Below are positions 41,685 through 51,076 of a stretch of 64,000 nt of DNA, piece by piece (within the stretch, counting starts at the first letter, position 1; each line of letters begins with the position of its first letter). Made by a program: the position numbers and the translations under genes. The notes below the pieces were generated by a model. The model saw only the letters and a list, made by a program, of their open reading frames with translations. It ran no database searches and was not told the DNA's origin. The stretch comes from Polyangiales bacterium (GTDB lineage: Bacteria > Myxococcota_A > Polyangia > Polyangiales > Polyangiaceae): positions 8,301 through 72,300 of the forward strand of contig JBBRLQ010000036.1 in the NCBI GenBank assembly GCA_038231275.1. Direction: 5' to 3'.

Positions 41685-42875
41685 ATGAAGCTCGGCAAAT
41701 CGATCGTGGTGGTGGGGGCAAAACGATCCGCCTTCGGAACGATGCAGGGTGCTCTCAAAGGCATCAGCGCGAACGATCTCGCCGTGCACGCCGCGAAGGC
41801 TGCGCTCGCTCAGTCGAAGGTCGGCCTCGATCGCGTCGGTCACGTGATCATCGGCAACGTGATGCAGACGAGCGCGGACGCCATCTACTGCGCGCGCCAT
41901 GTTGGCTTGAAGGCGGGTCTCCCGATCACGACGCCGGCGCTGACGGTGAATCGGCTGTGCGGCTCCGGCTTCCAAGCGATCATCAACGGCGCCGAGCAGC
42001 TGCTCATGGGCGAGGCCGAAGCGGTGCTCGTCGGCGGGACCGAGAACATGACACAGGCGCCGCACGTCCTCCGCGGCGCGCGCGACGGCTGGGCGTTCGG
42101 CAAAGCCCCGCAGGTCGGCGACACGCTGTGGGACGCGCTCACCGACAGCTACGCCCAGACGCCGATGGCGGTCACCGCCGAGAACCTCGCGGTGAAGTAC
42201 GGCATCACGCGCCAGCAGTGCGACGAGTTCGCGCTGACCAGCCAGCAGCGCTGGGCGGCGGCGAACGAGAAGGGCTTTTTCAAGGACGAGATCGCGCCGC
42301 TCGAGATCGCGGGCAAGAAAGGACCGGTCACCGTCGCCGTCGACGAGCACCCGCGCCCGCAGACCACCCTCGAGATCCTCGGCAAGCTCGCCCCCGTCTT
42401 CAAGAAGGACGGCGTCGTCACCGCCGGCAACGCGTCGGGCATCTGCGACGGCGCGGCGTGCCTCGTGCTCGTCACCGAGGAGCACGCGAAGCAGCACGGC
42501 CTCCAGCCGCTCGCGCGCATCGTCCAGTGGGGCGTCGCCGGCGTCGAGCCGAAGGAGATGGGCATCGGCCCGGCTCCCGCGATCCGCAACGCGCTCGCGC
42601 GCGCGGAGCTGAAGCAGAGCGACATGGATCTCTTCGAGGTAAACGAGGCGTTCGCGCCGCAGTTCCTCGCGGTGGCGAAGGAGCTCGGCCTCCCGCTCGA
42701 CAAGACCAACGTGAACGGCGGCGCGATCGCCCTCGGTCACCCGCTCGGCGCCAGCGGCGCGCGCATCACGGCGCACCTCGTGTACGAGCTCCAGCGTCGC
42801 AAGGCGCGCTACGCGGTCGGCAGCGCGTGCATCGGCGGCGGCCAGGGTCTCGCGATCGTCCTCGAGCGGATGTGA
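41685..42875 (+). CDS. Acetyl-CoA C-acyltransferase (thiolase)
   Basis: NRLCGSG, NEAFA, GHPLGASG, CIGGGQG. Confidence 0.96.
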   Translation: MKLGKSIVVVGAKRSAFGTMQGALKGISANDLAVHAAKAALAQSKVGLDRVGHVIIGNVMQTSADAIYCARHVGLKAGLPITTPALTVNRLCGSGFQAIINGAEQLLMGEAEAVLVGGTENMTQAPHVLRGARDGWAFGKAPQVGDTLWDALTDSYAQTPMAVTAENLAVKYGITRQQCDEFALTSQQRWAAANEKGFFKDEIAPLEIAGKKGPVTVAVDEHPRPQTTLEILGKLAPVFKKDGVVTAGNASGICDGAACLVLVTEEHAKQHGLQPLARIVQWGVAGVEPKEMGIGPAPAIRNALARAELKQSDMDLFEVNEAFAPQFLAVAKELGLPLDKTNVNGGAIALGHPLGASGARITAHLVYELQRRKARYAVGSACIGGGQGLAIVLERM

Positions 42876-43819
42876 GCGTGCGCCTCGCCTCGCTCACGTT
42901 CGTTCTGCTGATCGCCGGCTGCAACGGCTGCTCCAAGCCGCAGTCCGGCGATCCGCTCCCGACGGGGACCTCCAAGGCGACGGTCACGGCGAGCGCGGCC
43001 CCGTCGTCGAGCGCGCCCAAGTCGCCGGGCGGCGACACCGGCGTCAACCTCACGCACGCGCGCTCGGCCACGCCGACGACCAAGGGCCTGCCGATGATCG
43101 CGGTCACCGGCAAGGAGATCCGCTTCGTCGGCACCAAGAACGAGCCCCTCCCGATGCCGCCGCCGGTCTCGTGGTACGCCGGGATGCCGCTGTCCATGAA
43201 GGGCGACAAGCCCGGCATGACGATCCTCCCGATCGCCAAGTGGCTGAAGGACGCGCGCAAGGGCGACGAGAGGGATCTGTCGATCGTCGTCGAGAACGCG
43301 ATCTCGTACCGCATCGCCGGGGAGGTCTTCCTCACGGCTGCACAGAGCGGTTTCGATCGCTTTCACCTCGTGGTGCTGATGCCCGACGAGAGCTACGGCG
43401 AGATGATCATCGAGATGCCCCGCCTCAAGCCCGACGCGGGGGTCGCGCCGCCGTTCGCGTCGATCCTCGTCCTTCAAGAAGGCATCTCGATCAAGACGGA
43501 GATGAGCAACGTCGGACCGGGCTGCGCGGGCATGGGCGTCGGGCTCGCGTTTCCGCGCGTGAACGGGCAGGTCGACACGATCGGCCTCCCGAGCTGCATG
43601 GATCGCATCGCACCCGACGGGGGCGGCTCGCCGGACATCGTCGTAGGTGGGCTACCCGAGACCCCGTTCGCCGAGGTCGTCAGCGTGATCGACGGCGTCC
43701 GCGCGCGCAAGGCCAAGACCGTCGTGCACCTCGGGCTGCAGCGCATTCCGCAGAACGTCCCGACGATCCCCGGCCTGTCCGATCTGCCGCCGATGCCGGC
43801 ACCGAAGCCGTCGAAGTAA
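42872..43819 (+). CDS. Lipoprotein with two tandem ExbD/TolR-like periplasmic domains
   Basis: Lipobox LIAGC; IVVENAISYRIAGEVFLTAAQSGF and IVVGGLPETPFAEVVSVIDGVR. Confidence 0.65.
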   Translation: MSVRLASLTFVLLIAGCNGCSKPQSGDPLPTGTSKATVTASAAPSSSAPKSPGGDTGVNLTHARSATPTTKGLPMIAVTGKEIRFVGTKNEPLPMPPPVSWYAGMPLSMKGDKPGMTILPIAKWLKDARKGDERDLSIVVENAISYRIAGEVFLTAAQSGFDRFHLVVLMPDESYGEMIIEMPRLKPDAGVAPPFASILVLQEGISIKTEMSNVGPGCAGMGVGLAFPRVNGQVDTIGLPSCMDRIAPDGGGSPDIVVGGLPETPFAEVVSVIDGVRARKAKTVVHLGLQRIPQNVPTIPGLSDLPPMPAPKPSK

Positions 43820-43821
43820 CG

Positions 43822-44250
43822 CTACGACGTGTGCTCGAGCATTACGCTGCCGCTCGCGCGCGCGGCGTCGAGCTCCGTCGCGGGGCGCTGGCCGCGGACG
43901 ATCGCCCACGACGTCGCGTTGCGCATCGTCTTGGCGGCGGAGATCGCTTGCCGCGCGCTCGGGAAGACCCAGGACATCGCGCCCGGCTGGACGTTGTGCC
44001 ACCCGTAGACGATGAGCGTGACCTCCTCGTCGAGGAGCGGATCGTTGTCGTTGCCGGCGCGGCCTACCACCGGACCTCCGACCTCAGGCGAGCGCTTCCG
44101 GGTCGACCTGGACGAGAGCGCCGGCGACTCGTGGATGCCCGAATCGAGATCGGCCTCGTCGCGAAGGTCGCCACGACCGATCTCGTCGTTCGCCCGTTGC
44201 GCAGCCCATGCTGTGGCATGCGCCTTCAGGATTTCGGCAAGTTTCGACAT
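43822..44250 (-). CDS. Hypothetical protein
   Basis: ORF with typical codon usage; start at ATG 44250 inferred. Confidence 0.6.
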   Translation of the reverse strand: MSKLAEILKAHATAWAAQRANDEIGRGDLRDEADLDSGIHESPALSSRSTRKRSPEVGGPVVGRAGNDNDPLLDEEVTLIVYGWHNVQPGAMSWVFPSARQAISAAKTMRNATSWAIVRGQRPATELDAARASGSVMLEHTS

Positions 44251-44459
44251 TCCCCGGAGCCCATATGAAGGCATTGCGCGCCGACGTAAAGAGGCGATTT
44301 CGTGAATCTTTTGTCGCGGCGCGTCATGAGCCTGTGTCAGGACCTCCATCGTCCGGGGCGGAACGATGAACCATGGAAAATTATGCCCCTTTTCGATCTG
44401 CGCTCCGATGGCCGGGTCCGTAAATGGGGGTTCGATGCGTCATTCGCTAAGATGCGAGG

Positions 44460-46028
44460 GTGACCCAGATCCCGAGCGAGCAGGCTCGTTTGGACGGGAC
44501 CCACGCGCCGTTCGGCGGGGGACCCGGCTACGGCACGCCGCTATGGAGCACGCGCGTCCCGAGCCTTCAGTCGCGTCCGGGATGGCCGCTCGTGCCGATC
44601 GCGCCGGCCGTCGTCATCGCGGTCGGGCTCGCCGTTGCGATCGCGATCGGCGTGGTCGGCGTCGATCAGCTGTCGCGTAGCTCGTACGATCACGCGGCGG
44701 CGCAGGCGTCGCTCCTCGCCGACACGGTTGCGGCGCGTCTCGACAGGCTGCCGCAATCCGAGCGCGCAGAGGCGGTGCGCCTCGCGTCGAAGGGGACCGG
44801 GGCGGAGCTGCTCGTCGTCACCGGGGACGGCGAGGTCGTGCAGAACATGACGCTCGGCGCGCCGGACGCGAAGCTCGTGAAGGCGGTGCTCGCCGCGCGC
44901 GATGGTGAAGCGCTGACGGCGCGAGGACGGACGCGCTTTAGCGTGCACCCAATCGGGACGTCGACCGCGCCGCTGCAGCTCGTGGCGTTCGTGCAGCAGA
45001 GGAGCGCGCCGAGCGGGGCGCCGGCGTTCATCACGGCGCTCCTCGCGCTCACGACGTTGCTCGTCGGCGTCGCTGCGACGGTCGCGTACGCCGTCGCGCG
45101 CGACGCGAACAAGGACGTCGACTTCGTCACCAAGCGCGTCGCCGGCATGGCGCACGTGCAGACGGAGCCCACCGGCGATGCGGTCCCTGTGCGCACGATG
45201 GACGAGGTGGGGCTCCTGACCAGCGCCTTCAACGAGCTCCTCGGCCGCTTCGCGCAAGCGGAGACGAGCTACCGCGGAGATCTCTCTCGCGCGAGCGCCG
45301 CCGACAGGGATCGCGCGGCGTTCCTCGCGGCGGTCAGCCACGAGCTGCGAAGCCCGCTCAACGCGATCCTCGGGTTCGCGGACATCCTCCTCACCGAGGT
45401 CGACGGTCCGCTCTCTCCCGACGCGCGCCAGGAGGTCGAGCAGATCCGCGGCAGCGGGCAGCACCTGCTCGAGCTCATCAACGACATCCTCGAGTTCTCG
45501 GCGCTCGAGACCGGGCAGCTCCGCATCACGCGGACGAAGGTCGATCTGACGCGCCTCTGCAACGAGATCGTCCGCGAGGCCGCGGTCGTCCTGGCGGGTC
45601 GGCCCGTGCGCATCTCCGTGCACGGCGATCCCATCGTGCTCGCGCACGTCGATCCGAAGAGGACGCGCCAGGTCGTCACGAACCTCGTCGGCAACGCCGT
45701 CAAATTCACGCAGCAGGGCGAGGTCATCGTGCGCGTCACGCGAGAGCGCACGCACGCCCTCGTCAGCGTGACCGACACCGGGCCCGGAATCAGCGCCGCC
45801 GAGCGCGCGGTCATCTTCGAGGAGTACAAGCAGGCGAAGGACGAGCGCGCGAAGAAGCGCGGCACCGGGCTCGGCCTCGCGATCGCGCGTCGCCTCGTGC
45901 TCATGCACGGCGGCACGATCCAGGTCGAGAGCGAGCTGGGTCGCGGCTCCACGTTCAAGGTCTATTTGCCGCTGTGGAAGGGCGCCGAGACCGACGCCGA
46001 CGACACACTCCAGCCGGTGGGCCGGTGA
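44460..46028 (+). CDS. Membrane sensor histidine kinase (2 TM, HAMP, HisKA, HATPase)
   Basis: SHELRSPLN, NLVGNAVKF, DTGPGI, GTGLGL. Confidence 0.95.
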   Translation: MTQIPSEQARLDGTHAPFGGGPGYGTPLWSTRVPSLQSRPGWPLVPIAPAVVIAVGLAVAIAIGVVGVDQLSRSSYDHAAAQASLLADTVAARLDRLPQSERAEAVRLASKGTGAELLVVTGDGEVVQNMTLGAPDAKLVKAVLAARDGEALTARGRTRFSVHPIGTSTAPLQLVAFVQQRSAPSGAPAFITALLALTTLLVGVAATVAYAVARDANKDVDFVTKRVAGMAHVQTEPTGDAVPVRTMDEVGLLTSAFNELLGRFAQAETSYRGDLSRASAADRDRAAFLAAVSHELRSPLNAILGFADILLTEVDGPLSPDARQEVEQIRGSGQHLLELINDILEFSALETGQLRITRTKVDLTRLCNEIVREAAVVLAGRPVRISVHGDPIVLAHVDPKRTRQVVTNLVGNAVKFTQQGEVIVRVTRERTHALVSVTDTGPGISAAERAVIFEEYKQAKDERAKKRGTGLGLAIARRLVLMHGGTIQVESELGRGSTFKVYLPLWKGAETDADDTLQPVGR

Positions 46029-47932
46029 ACGTCGGCGCGGCGCGGCTCGTCCTGCGGCTCATCGCCACGCAGGTCGTCGTCCTTCTTGTGACGTGCCTCG
46101 TCGTCGTCGCCTTCGCGCCGCGGCTGCTCCTCCTCGACTCCACGATCCTTCGAGGGACCATCTCGGGCGGCCTGTGGGCGGCGGCGCTCATGTCGGTGTT
46201 CATGGTGGCCGTGACGTGGCTGCTCACGCGGCCCCTGCAGCCGATGCTCCGTTTGCTCGCGCTGGACTCGGCGTCGATCGAGCCGGTGGAGCTGCTCACG
46301 CTGTACACGCTCCCCGCCCGCCTCGCGGTGCTCGACGTCGCCGGCGCGCTGGTGCTGTCGTCGCTCACGCTCATCGACGTGTTTCGCCCTGAAACGAACG
46401 ATCTGCACACGCAGACGGCGCTCGTGCTCCTGACGATGACGATGATCAGCGCGGCGTCGCTGCCTCTCTACGTCATGATGCGGGGGCTCGTAGGGCGCGT
46501 GCTGGAGCTCGCGCCGCCGGACGCGACGCGCGAGGCGGTGCAGCTCCTCGAAGGGCCTGGACGGCGCGGGCGCGTGCAGCGCGTGCGGATGCGCCTCCTC
46601 GCCGCCGTTGCAGGACCGGTCGCCTTCGTCGCGCTCGGCTCGTCGCTCCTCGTCTACGCGCACGCGCGCGCGCAGGACATGGAGGTGCGCGAGGAGTACG
46701 CGCGCGAGCTCGTCTCCGGCGCGTTCGAGATGGTCTCGGGCGACGGGTCCGGTCGCGCGGAGGCGATCGCGCAGGCCAACGGGCATGGCTACCAGATCAC
46801 GCTCGCACCTCGTCCCGCGCCGGGCGGCATCGTGCACGACGACGACGGCTTCACGGTGGTGACGGTCCCGCTCGACGCCGGCCACGCGCGCGTGCGCTTC
46901 GAGACGACACACCTCTCGCCGGTCACTGGCGTCTACATCCTGCTCGCCCTCGTCGCGACGGCCCTCGCCGGCATCCTCGGGGCGCGCATCGGCGCCGCGT
47001 TCGCCGACGACGTGGCCCTCGCGACGCGCGAGATTCGCTCGACCGGCATCGCCGACATCGTGCGCGGGACGAAGATCCCGAAGGAGGCGCGCTTCGCGTC
47101 GATCGCCACGCTCATGCACGCGATCGACGAGCTCGGGGCCGTCTTCCGCGAGTTCGCGTCGGCGCAAGAGCGAGCGATCGAGGCGCGCGCCGCCACCGAG
47201 CGCATGCGCGGCCTCTTCCTCGCGTCGATGAGCCACGACCTCAAGAGCCCGCTCAACTCGATCCTCGGCTTCGCGGAGCTCGTCCTCCGTAGCCCGCTCA
47301 GCGACCCGCAGCGCGAGAGCCTCGCCATCATCGAGCAACGCGGGCGCGAGCTGCTCACGCTCATCCAGGTCATCCTCGACTCGGCGCGCGCAGAGGCCGG
47401 CGAGCTCGACGTGTCGCCGGAGTGGACGATGGTCGGCGACGTCGTCATGAGCGCGGTGCTCGAGGCGCGCGATCTCGCGGTCGGCAGCGAGGTCCAGGTC
47501 GTCGGCGAAATCCAGCCTGGCGTCCCCAAGATGTACATCGACTCGGGCCGTGTCGTTCAGGCGCTCACCCAGGTCATCGTGAGCGCCGTGCGCCTCCTCG
47601 ACAAAGGCGTCGTCAACGTCCGCGCCACGGCTCCCTCGCCGCAGGCGAAGCGCCTCCGCGTGGACGTCGAGACGCAGGGCAGGGCCATTCCCCAGGTCGA
47701 GCTCGACAAGATCTTCGAGGCCTTCAAGTACGCCGACCGCGCGCGCCGTCACGGCAGCCTTGGGCTCGGCCTCTCGCTCGCCCGCTCGATCCTCGAGATC
47801 CACGGCGGAACGATCGGTCTGGAGGTGATGGAGGGCGGAGGCGGAGGCGGCGCCGTCTTCCGGATCTGGCTCCCCACGAGCGGCGAGCGGCTCAGCCTCA
47901 GGAGCGCTCCATCGCTGGCGCGTTTGCGATAA
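46025..47932 (+). CDS. Multi-TM histidine kinase-like protein with degenerate ATP-binding domain
   Basis: H-box SHDLKSPLN is intact; N-box reads QVIVSAVRL and G1 reads ETQGRAI; GSLGLGL. Confidence 0.85.
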   Translation: MNVGAARLVLRLIATQVVVLLVTCLVVVAFAPRLLLLDSTILRGTISGGLWAAALMSVFMVAVTWLLTRPLQPMLRLLALDSASIEPVELLTLYTLPARLAVLDVAGALVLSSLTLIDVFRPETNDLHTQTALVLLTMTMISAASLPLYVMMRGLVGRVLELAPPDATREAVQLLEGPGRRGRVQRVRMRLLAAVAGPVAFVALGSSLLVYAHARAQDMEVREEYARELVSGAFEMVSGDGSGRAEAIAQANGHGYQITLAPRPAPGGIVHDDDGFTVVTVPLDAGHARVRFETTHLSPVTGVYILLALVATALAGILGARIGAAFADDVALATREIRSTGIADIVRGTKIPKEARFASIATLMHAIDELGAVFREFASAQERAIEARAATERMRGLFLASMSHDLKSPLNSILGFAELVLRSPLSDPQRESLAIIEQRGRELLTLIQVILDSARAEAGELDVSPEWTMVGDVVMSAVLEARDLAVGSEVQVVGEIQPGVPKMYIDSGRVVQALTQVIVSAVRLLDKGVVNVRATAPSPQAKRLRVDVETQGRAIPQVELDKIFEAFKYADRARRHGSLGLGLSLARSILEIHGGTIGLEVMEGGGGGGAVFRIWLPTSGERLSLRSAPSLARLR

Positions 47933-47942
47933 TCTCCCCATC

Positions 47943-48296
47943 GTGGCCGAAGAGGACGACGACGCGACCCCGATCTTCAGCGCGCTCCCCAGCGTGATGT
48001 TCGTCGGGCTGAGCGATGCGCTCGCAGAGGCGTGCTCGCCGGGCTGCGATCCGGTCCTCATCTTGAAGGTGGCGCACCCCGCCGCCGCGCTCCAGCGAAT
48101 GGTCGCGACGCACCCGCTCTTGCTCATCCTGGGCAAGTCGGTCAACAAGGCCAACGAGGACGCGATCCGCCAGCACGCCACCGCGATCGGCTCCGAAATC
48201 CTCCTCGAGACCGACCTGATGATGGACGAGCTCGACGCGCAACTGCGCGTGACCGTGCGTCAGGCGATGCGGGCGCGCACGCTCCGTTCGATGTGA
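47943..48296 (+). CDS. Small hypothetical protein, possibly degenerate receiver-like fold
   Basis: 117 aa; AHPAAALQRMVATHPLLLIL resembles REC alpha2-beta3 without the Asp. Confidence 0.5.
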   Translation: MAEEDDDATPIFSALPSVMFVGLSDALAEACSPGCDPVLILKVAHPAAALQRMVATHPLLLILGKSVNKANEDAIRQHATAIGSEILLETDLMMDELDAQLRVTVRQAMRARTLRSM

Positions 48297-48303
48297 TCGC
48301 CGT

Positions 48304-49752
48304 TCACCGCGGCGCGGCCTCGATCGCGCAGAGGACGCCGCGCGCCTTGTTGCGGGTCTCGTCGGCTTCGCTCTTCGGAACGCTCGCCTCCACGATCCCC
48401 GCGCCGGCGGTGACCTCGAACCGATCGCCGTGGCACACCGCGGTTCGGATCGCGATCGCGAAGTCCAGATCGCCCGTCTTGGCGACGTAGCCGACGGCGC
48501 CGGCGTAAATCCCGCGCGGTCGCGTCTCGAGCTCGCGGATGATTTGCATCGCGCGGACCTTGGGCGCGCCGGACAGCGTGCCGGCGGGGAACGCCGCGCG
48601 AACGACCTCGAGCGGCGGCGTCTTCGGAGAGATCTTGCCGCGCACCTCGCTCACGATGTGCATCACGTGCGAGTAGCGCTCGACCTGCATCTTCTTCACG
48701 AGCTCCACGCTGCCGATCTCCGCGACGCGGCCGACGTCGTTGCGACCGAGGTCGATGAGCATGACGTGCTCGGCGCGCTCTTTGGGATCGGCCATGAGCT
48801 CACGCTCGTTCGCGTCGTCCTCCGCCTCGGTCTTGCCGCGCGGACGGGTGCCGGCGATCGGCCGGACGGTCATCACGTTCTCCTCGAGGCGAACGAGCGT
48901 CTCCGGGCTGGCGCCCATGATCTGCGTGCGCGAGGTCTCCCCGGGCGCCGGCGGCAGATCGAGGAAGTACATGTACGGCGACGGGTTGATGAGGCGCATC
49001 GCGCGGTAGACGTCGAAGGGCTCGCGGCCGCCGCGGGGGACCGAGAACGTGCGCGCGAGGACGATCTGGAACGCGTCGCCGGCGGCGATGTACTCCTGCG
49101 CGCGCCGCACCTTCGCTTCGAAGGTCGCGTCGTCGACGTCGACCTCGACGTTCACCGGAATGCGAGCGCGGTCGGGCAACGCGATGCGTGAGAGCGGACC
49201 GGCGCCGGCGAGATCGACGGCGGCGCGGTCGACCTCGGCCTCGCCCTCGGCGGCGATCGTGACCGTGTGGGAGAGCGCGTCGAAGACGACGATCGTGGCG
49301 CCGCCGACGAAGCGCGCCAAAGGGCGCTCCAGTTGGCCGAGGCGGGCGAGGAGCTCGTCGCTCCAGCCGGGGACCTTGTCGATCGTGTGGACGATGTCCC
49401 ACGCGAGGTAGCCGACGTGCGCGCGGGCGAGGCGCGCCGCGGGGTTGCCGGCAGTACGCGCGTCGGTCGCGCGAAAGAGATCCTGCGCGGCGGCGAGAGG
49501 ATCGCCGGGTCTGCCCAGCGACGGCGGCGGCGCGTCTCCGCCATCGCGTCCGCCCGTCACGATCCAGCCTGATTTGCCGAGGATCGCCTCGTACCGCGGC
49601 CGATAGCCGAGGATGGAATAGCGTCCCCATCGCTCGCCGCCCACGACGCTCTCGAGGAGGAAGCTTGCCGCGTCGGGCGCGGCGCGTCGCAACGCGGCGT
49701 AGGCGCGGACCGGGGTGAGATCGTCGGCGACGAACGTCCGGAGGGTCACCAT
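48304..49752 (-). CDS. trpE: Anthranilate synthase component I
   Basis: LLESV.GGE.WGRYS, NPSPYM, SPE, PIAGTRPRG, EHVMLIDLGRND, PAGTLSGAPK. Confidence 0.92.
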   Translation of the reverse strand: MVTLRTFVADDLTPVRAYAALRRAAPDAASFLLESVVGGERWGRYSILGYRPRYEAILGKSGWIVTGGRDGGDAPPPSLGRPGDPLAAAQDLFRATDARTAGNPAARLARAHVGYLAWDIVHTIDKVPGWSDELLARLGQLERPLARFVGGATIVVFDALSHTVTIAAEGEAEVDRAAVDLAGAGPLSRIALPDRARIPVNVEVDVDDATFEAKVRRAQEYIAAGDAFQIVLARTFSVPRGGREPFDVYRAMRLINPSPYMYFLDLPPAPGETSRTQIMGASPETLVRLEENVMTVRPIAGTRPRGKTEAEDDANERELMADPKERAEHVMLIDLGRNDVGRVAEIGSVELVKKMQVERYSHVMHIVSEVRGKISPKTPPLEVVRAAFPAGTLSGAPKVRAMQIIRELETRPRGIYAGAVGYVAKTGDLDFAIAIRTAVCHGDRFEVTAGAGIVEASVPKSEADETRNKARGVLCAIEAAPR

Positions 49753-49762
49753 TCGCGCGCGC

Positions 49763-51040
49763 TCATACGCCGAGGAGCTTGCGCGCGCGCGCCGGATCGG
49801 CAGGCGTGCGGCCGATGCTCCGCGCGTAGGCGGCGGCCCTGGCAACGAGGGGCGCGCTCCCTTCGGAGAGGACGCCCTTGGTCAGGTAGATGTTGTCCTC
49901 GAGGCCGACGCGCGCGTGGCCGCCCATGCGCATCGCGAGCTCGGTGAGCGGCATCTGGTGACGCCCGACCGCGGCGACGCCCCAGGTCGCTCCCTCGGGA
50001 AGGAGCGAGCGCATGTACCGAACGTTGGCCTCCGTGGCGCCGATGCCGCCCGCGATGCCCATCACGAACTGGAAGTGCAGCGGCTCGGAGATCGCGCCCT
50101 CCTTGAGCAGCGCGAGCGCCTCCTCGACGTGGCCGATCTCGTAGCACTCGAGCTCGGCGATCGTGCCGGACTTGCGGATGCGCGCGGCAAGATCGCGGAT
50201 CTGCGGGCGCGTGTTGACGAAGACGTCGTCGCCGAAGTTGATGGTGCCGCAGTTGAGCGTCGCCATCTCCGGCTTGCAGAGGAGAGGCTGGGCGCGCTCG
50301 TCGATCGACATGCCGACGGCGCCGCCGGTCGAGGTCTGCACGATCACGTCGGTCTTCTTGCGGATCGCGACGATCGCCTCCTCGAAGCGCTCGCGCGATT
50401 GGGTGGGCGAGCCGTCGGGGTTGCGGACGTGGAGGTGGATGACCGCGACGCCCGCCTCGCGGCAGCGCGCGGCCTCGTCGGCGATCTCTTGCGCGGTGAT
50501 CGGAAGGTGCGGCGTCTGCGCGCGCGTGACCTCGGCGCCCACGATCGCAGCGGTGAGGATGACGTCCGGCGCGAGCGGAGGGGTGACGATCGAGGCGGTC
50601 TCCGGCGCGGGACCGGCGGGGAGCGCTGGCATGTACAGCTCCTTGTGGCGGCGCTGGAGCGGCTTCGGCGTCACGCAAGTCCCGGTGGCGCGGCACACCA
50701 CGATCGGCTCGGCCAGCACGTCGGCCGCGCTCGCCGGCATCCCCGGTTGGCGGACGCCGGTGACGACCTTGCGCGCCTCGAACCGCATCTGACGGCTGGT
50801 GTTCCCGACGCCGGTGAGCTCGGCGGTCGCCTCGATGTAGTCGCCTGCGAAGACCGGCGCGAGGAAGTCGACGGTGTCGTACGCGCGGAACAGACCCTCG
50901 TCCCCGTCGAGGCGAATGAGCAGCTCCGTCGCGAGATCGCCGAACAGCGCGAGCATGCGCGCGCCATCGACCAGCTCCCCGGCGTAGTGCGCGTCGTGCG
51001 CGGACATGCGGAGACGAAGAGTGACCCTGAGCCCGATCAT
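49763..51040 (-). CDS. kal-kce: Fusion of 3-aminobutyryl-CoA ammonia-lyase (Kal, hot-dog) and 3-keto-5-aminohexanoate cleavage enzyme (Kce/BKACE)
   Basis: N-terminus [37 protein letters not shown]-terminus [33 protein letters not shown]. Confidence 0.9.
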   Translation of the reverse strand: MIGLRVTLRLRMSAHDAHYAGELVDGARMLALFGDLATELLIRLDGDEGLFRAYDTVDFLAPVFAGDYIEATAELTGVGNTSRQMRFEARKVVTGVRQPGMPASAADVLAEPIVVCRATGTCVTPKPLQRRHKELYMPALPAGPAPETASIVTPPLAPDVILTAAIVGAEVTRAQTPHLPITAQEIADEAARCREAGVAVIHLHVRNPDGSPTQSRERFEEAIVAIRKKTDVIVQTSTGGAVGMSIDERAQPLLCKPEMATLNCGTINFGDDVFVNTRPQIRDLAARIRKSGTIAELECYEIGHVEEALALLKEGAISEPLHFQFVMGIAGGIGATEANVRYMRSLLPEGATWGVAAVGRHQMPLTELAMRMGGHARVGLEDNIYLTKGVLSEGSAPLVARAAAYARSIGRTPADPARARKLLGV

Positions 51041-51076
51041 GCCTTGATCCGTACCACGAGAGGCCCGCCTTCGCAG

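Noticed and set aside
34690..42875. Dedicated lipid-storage/PHA gene cluster (WS/DGAT, MaoC hydratase, thiolase)
   Set aside because: The genes are on different strands, interspersed with unrelated genes, and there is no PHA synthase
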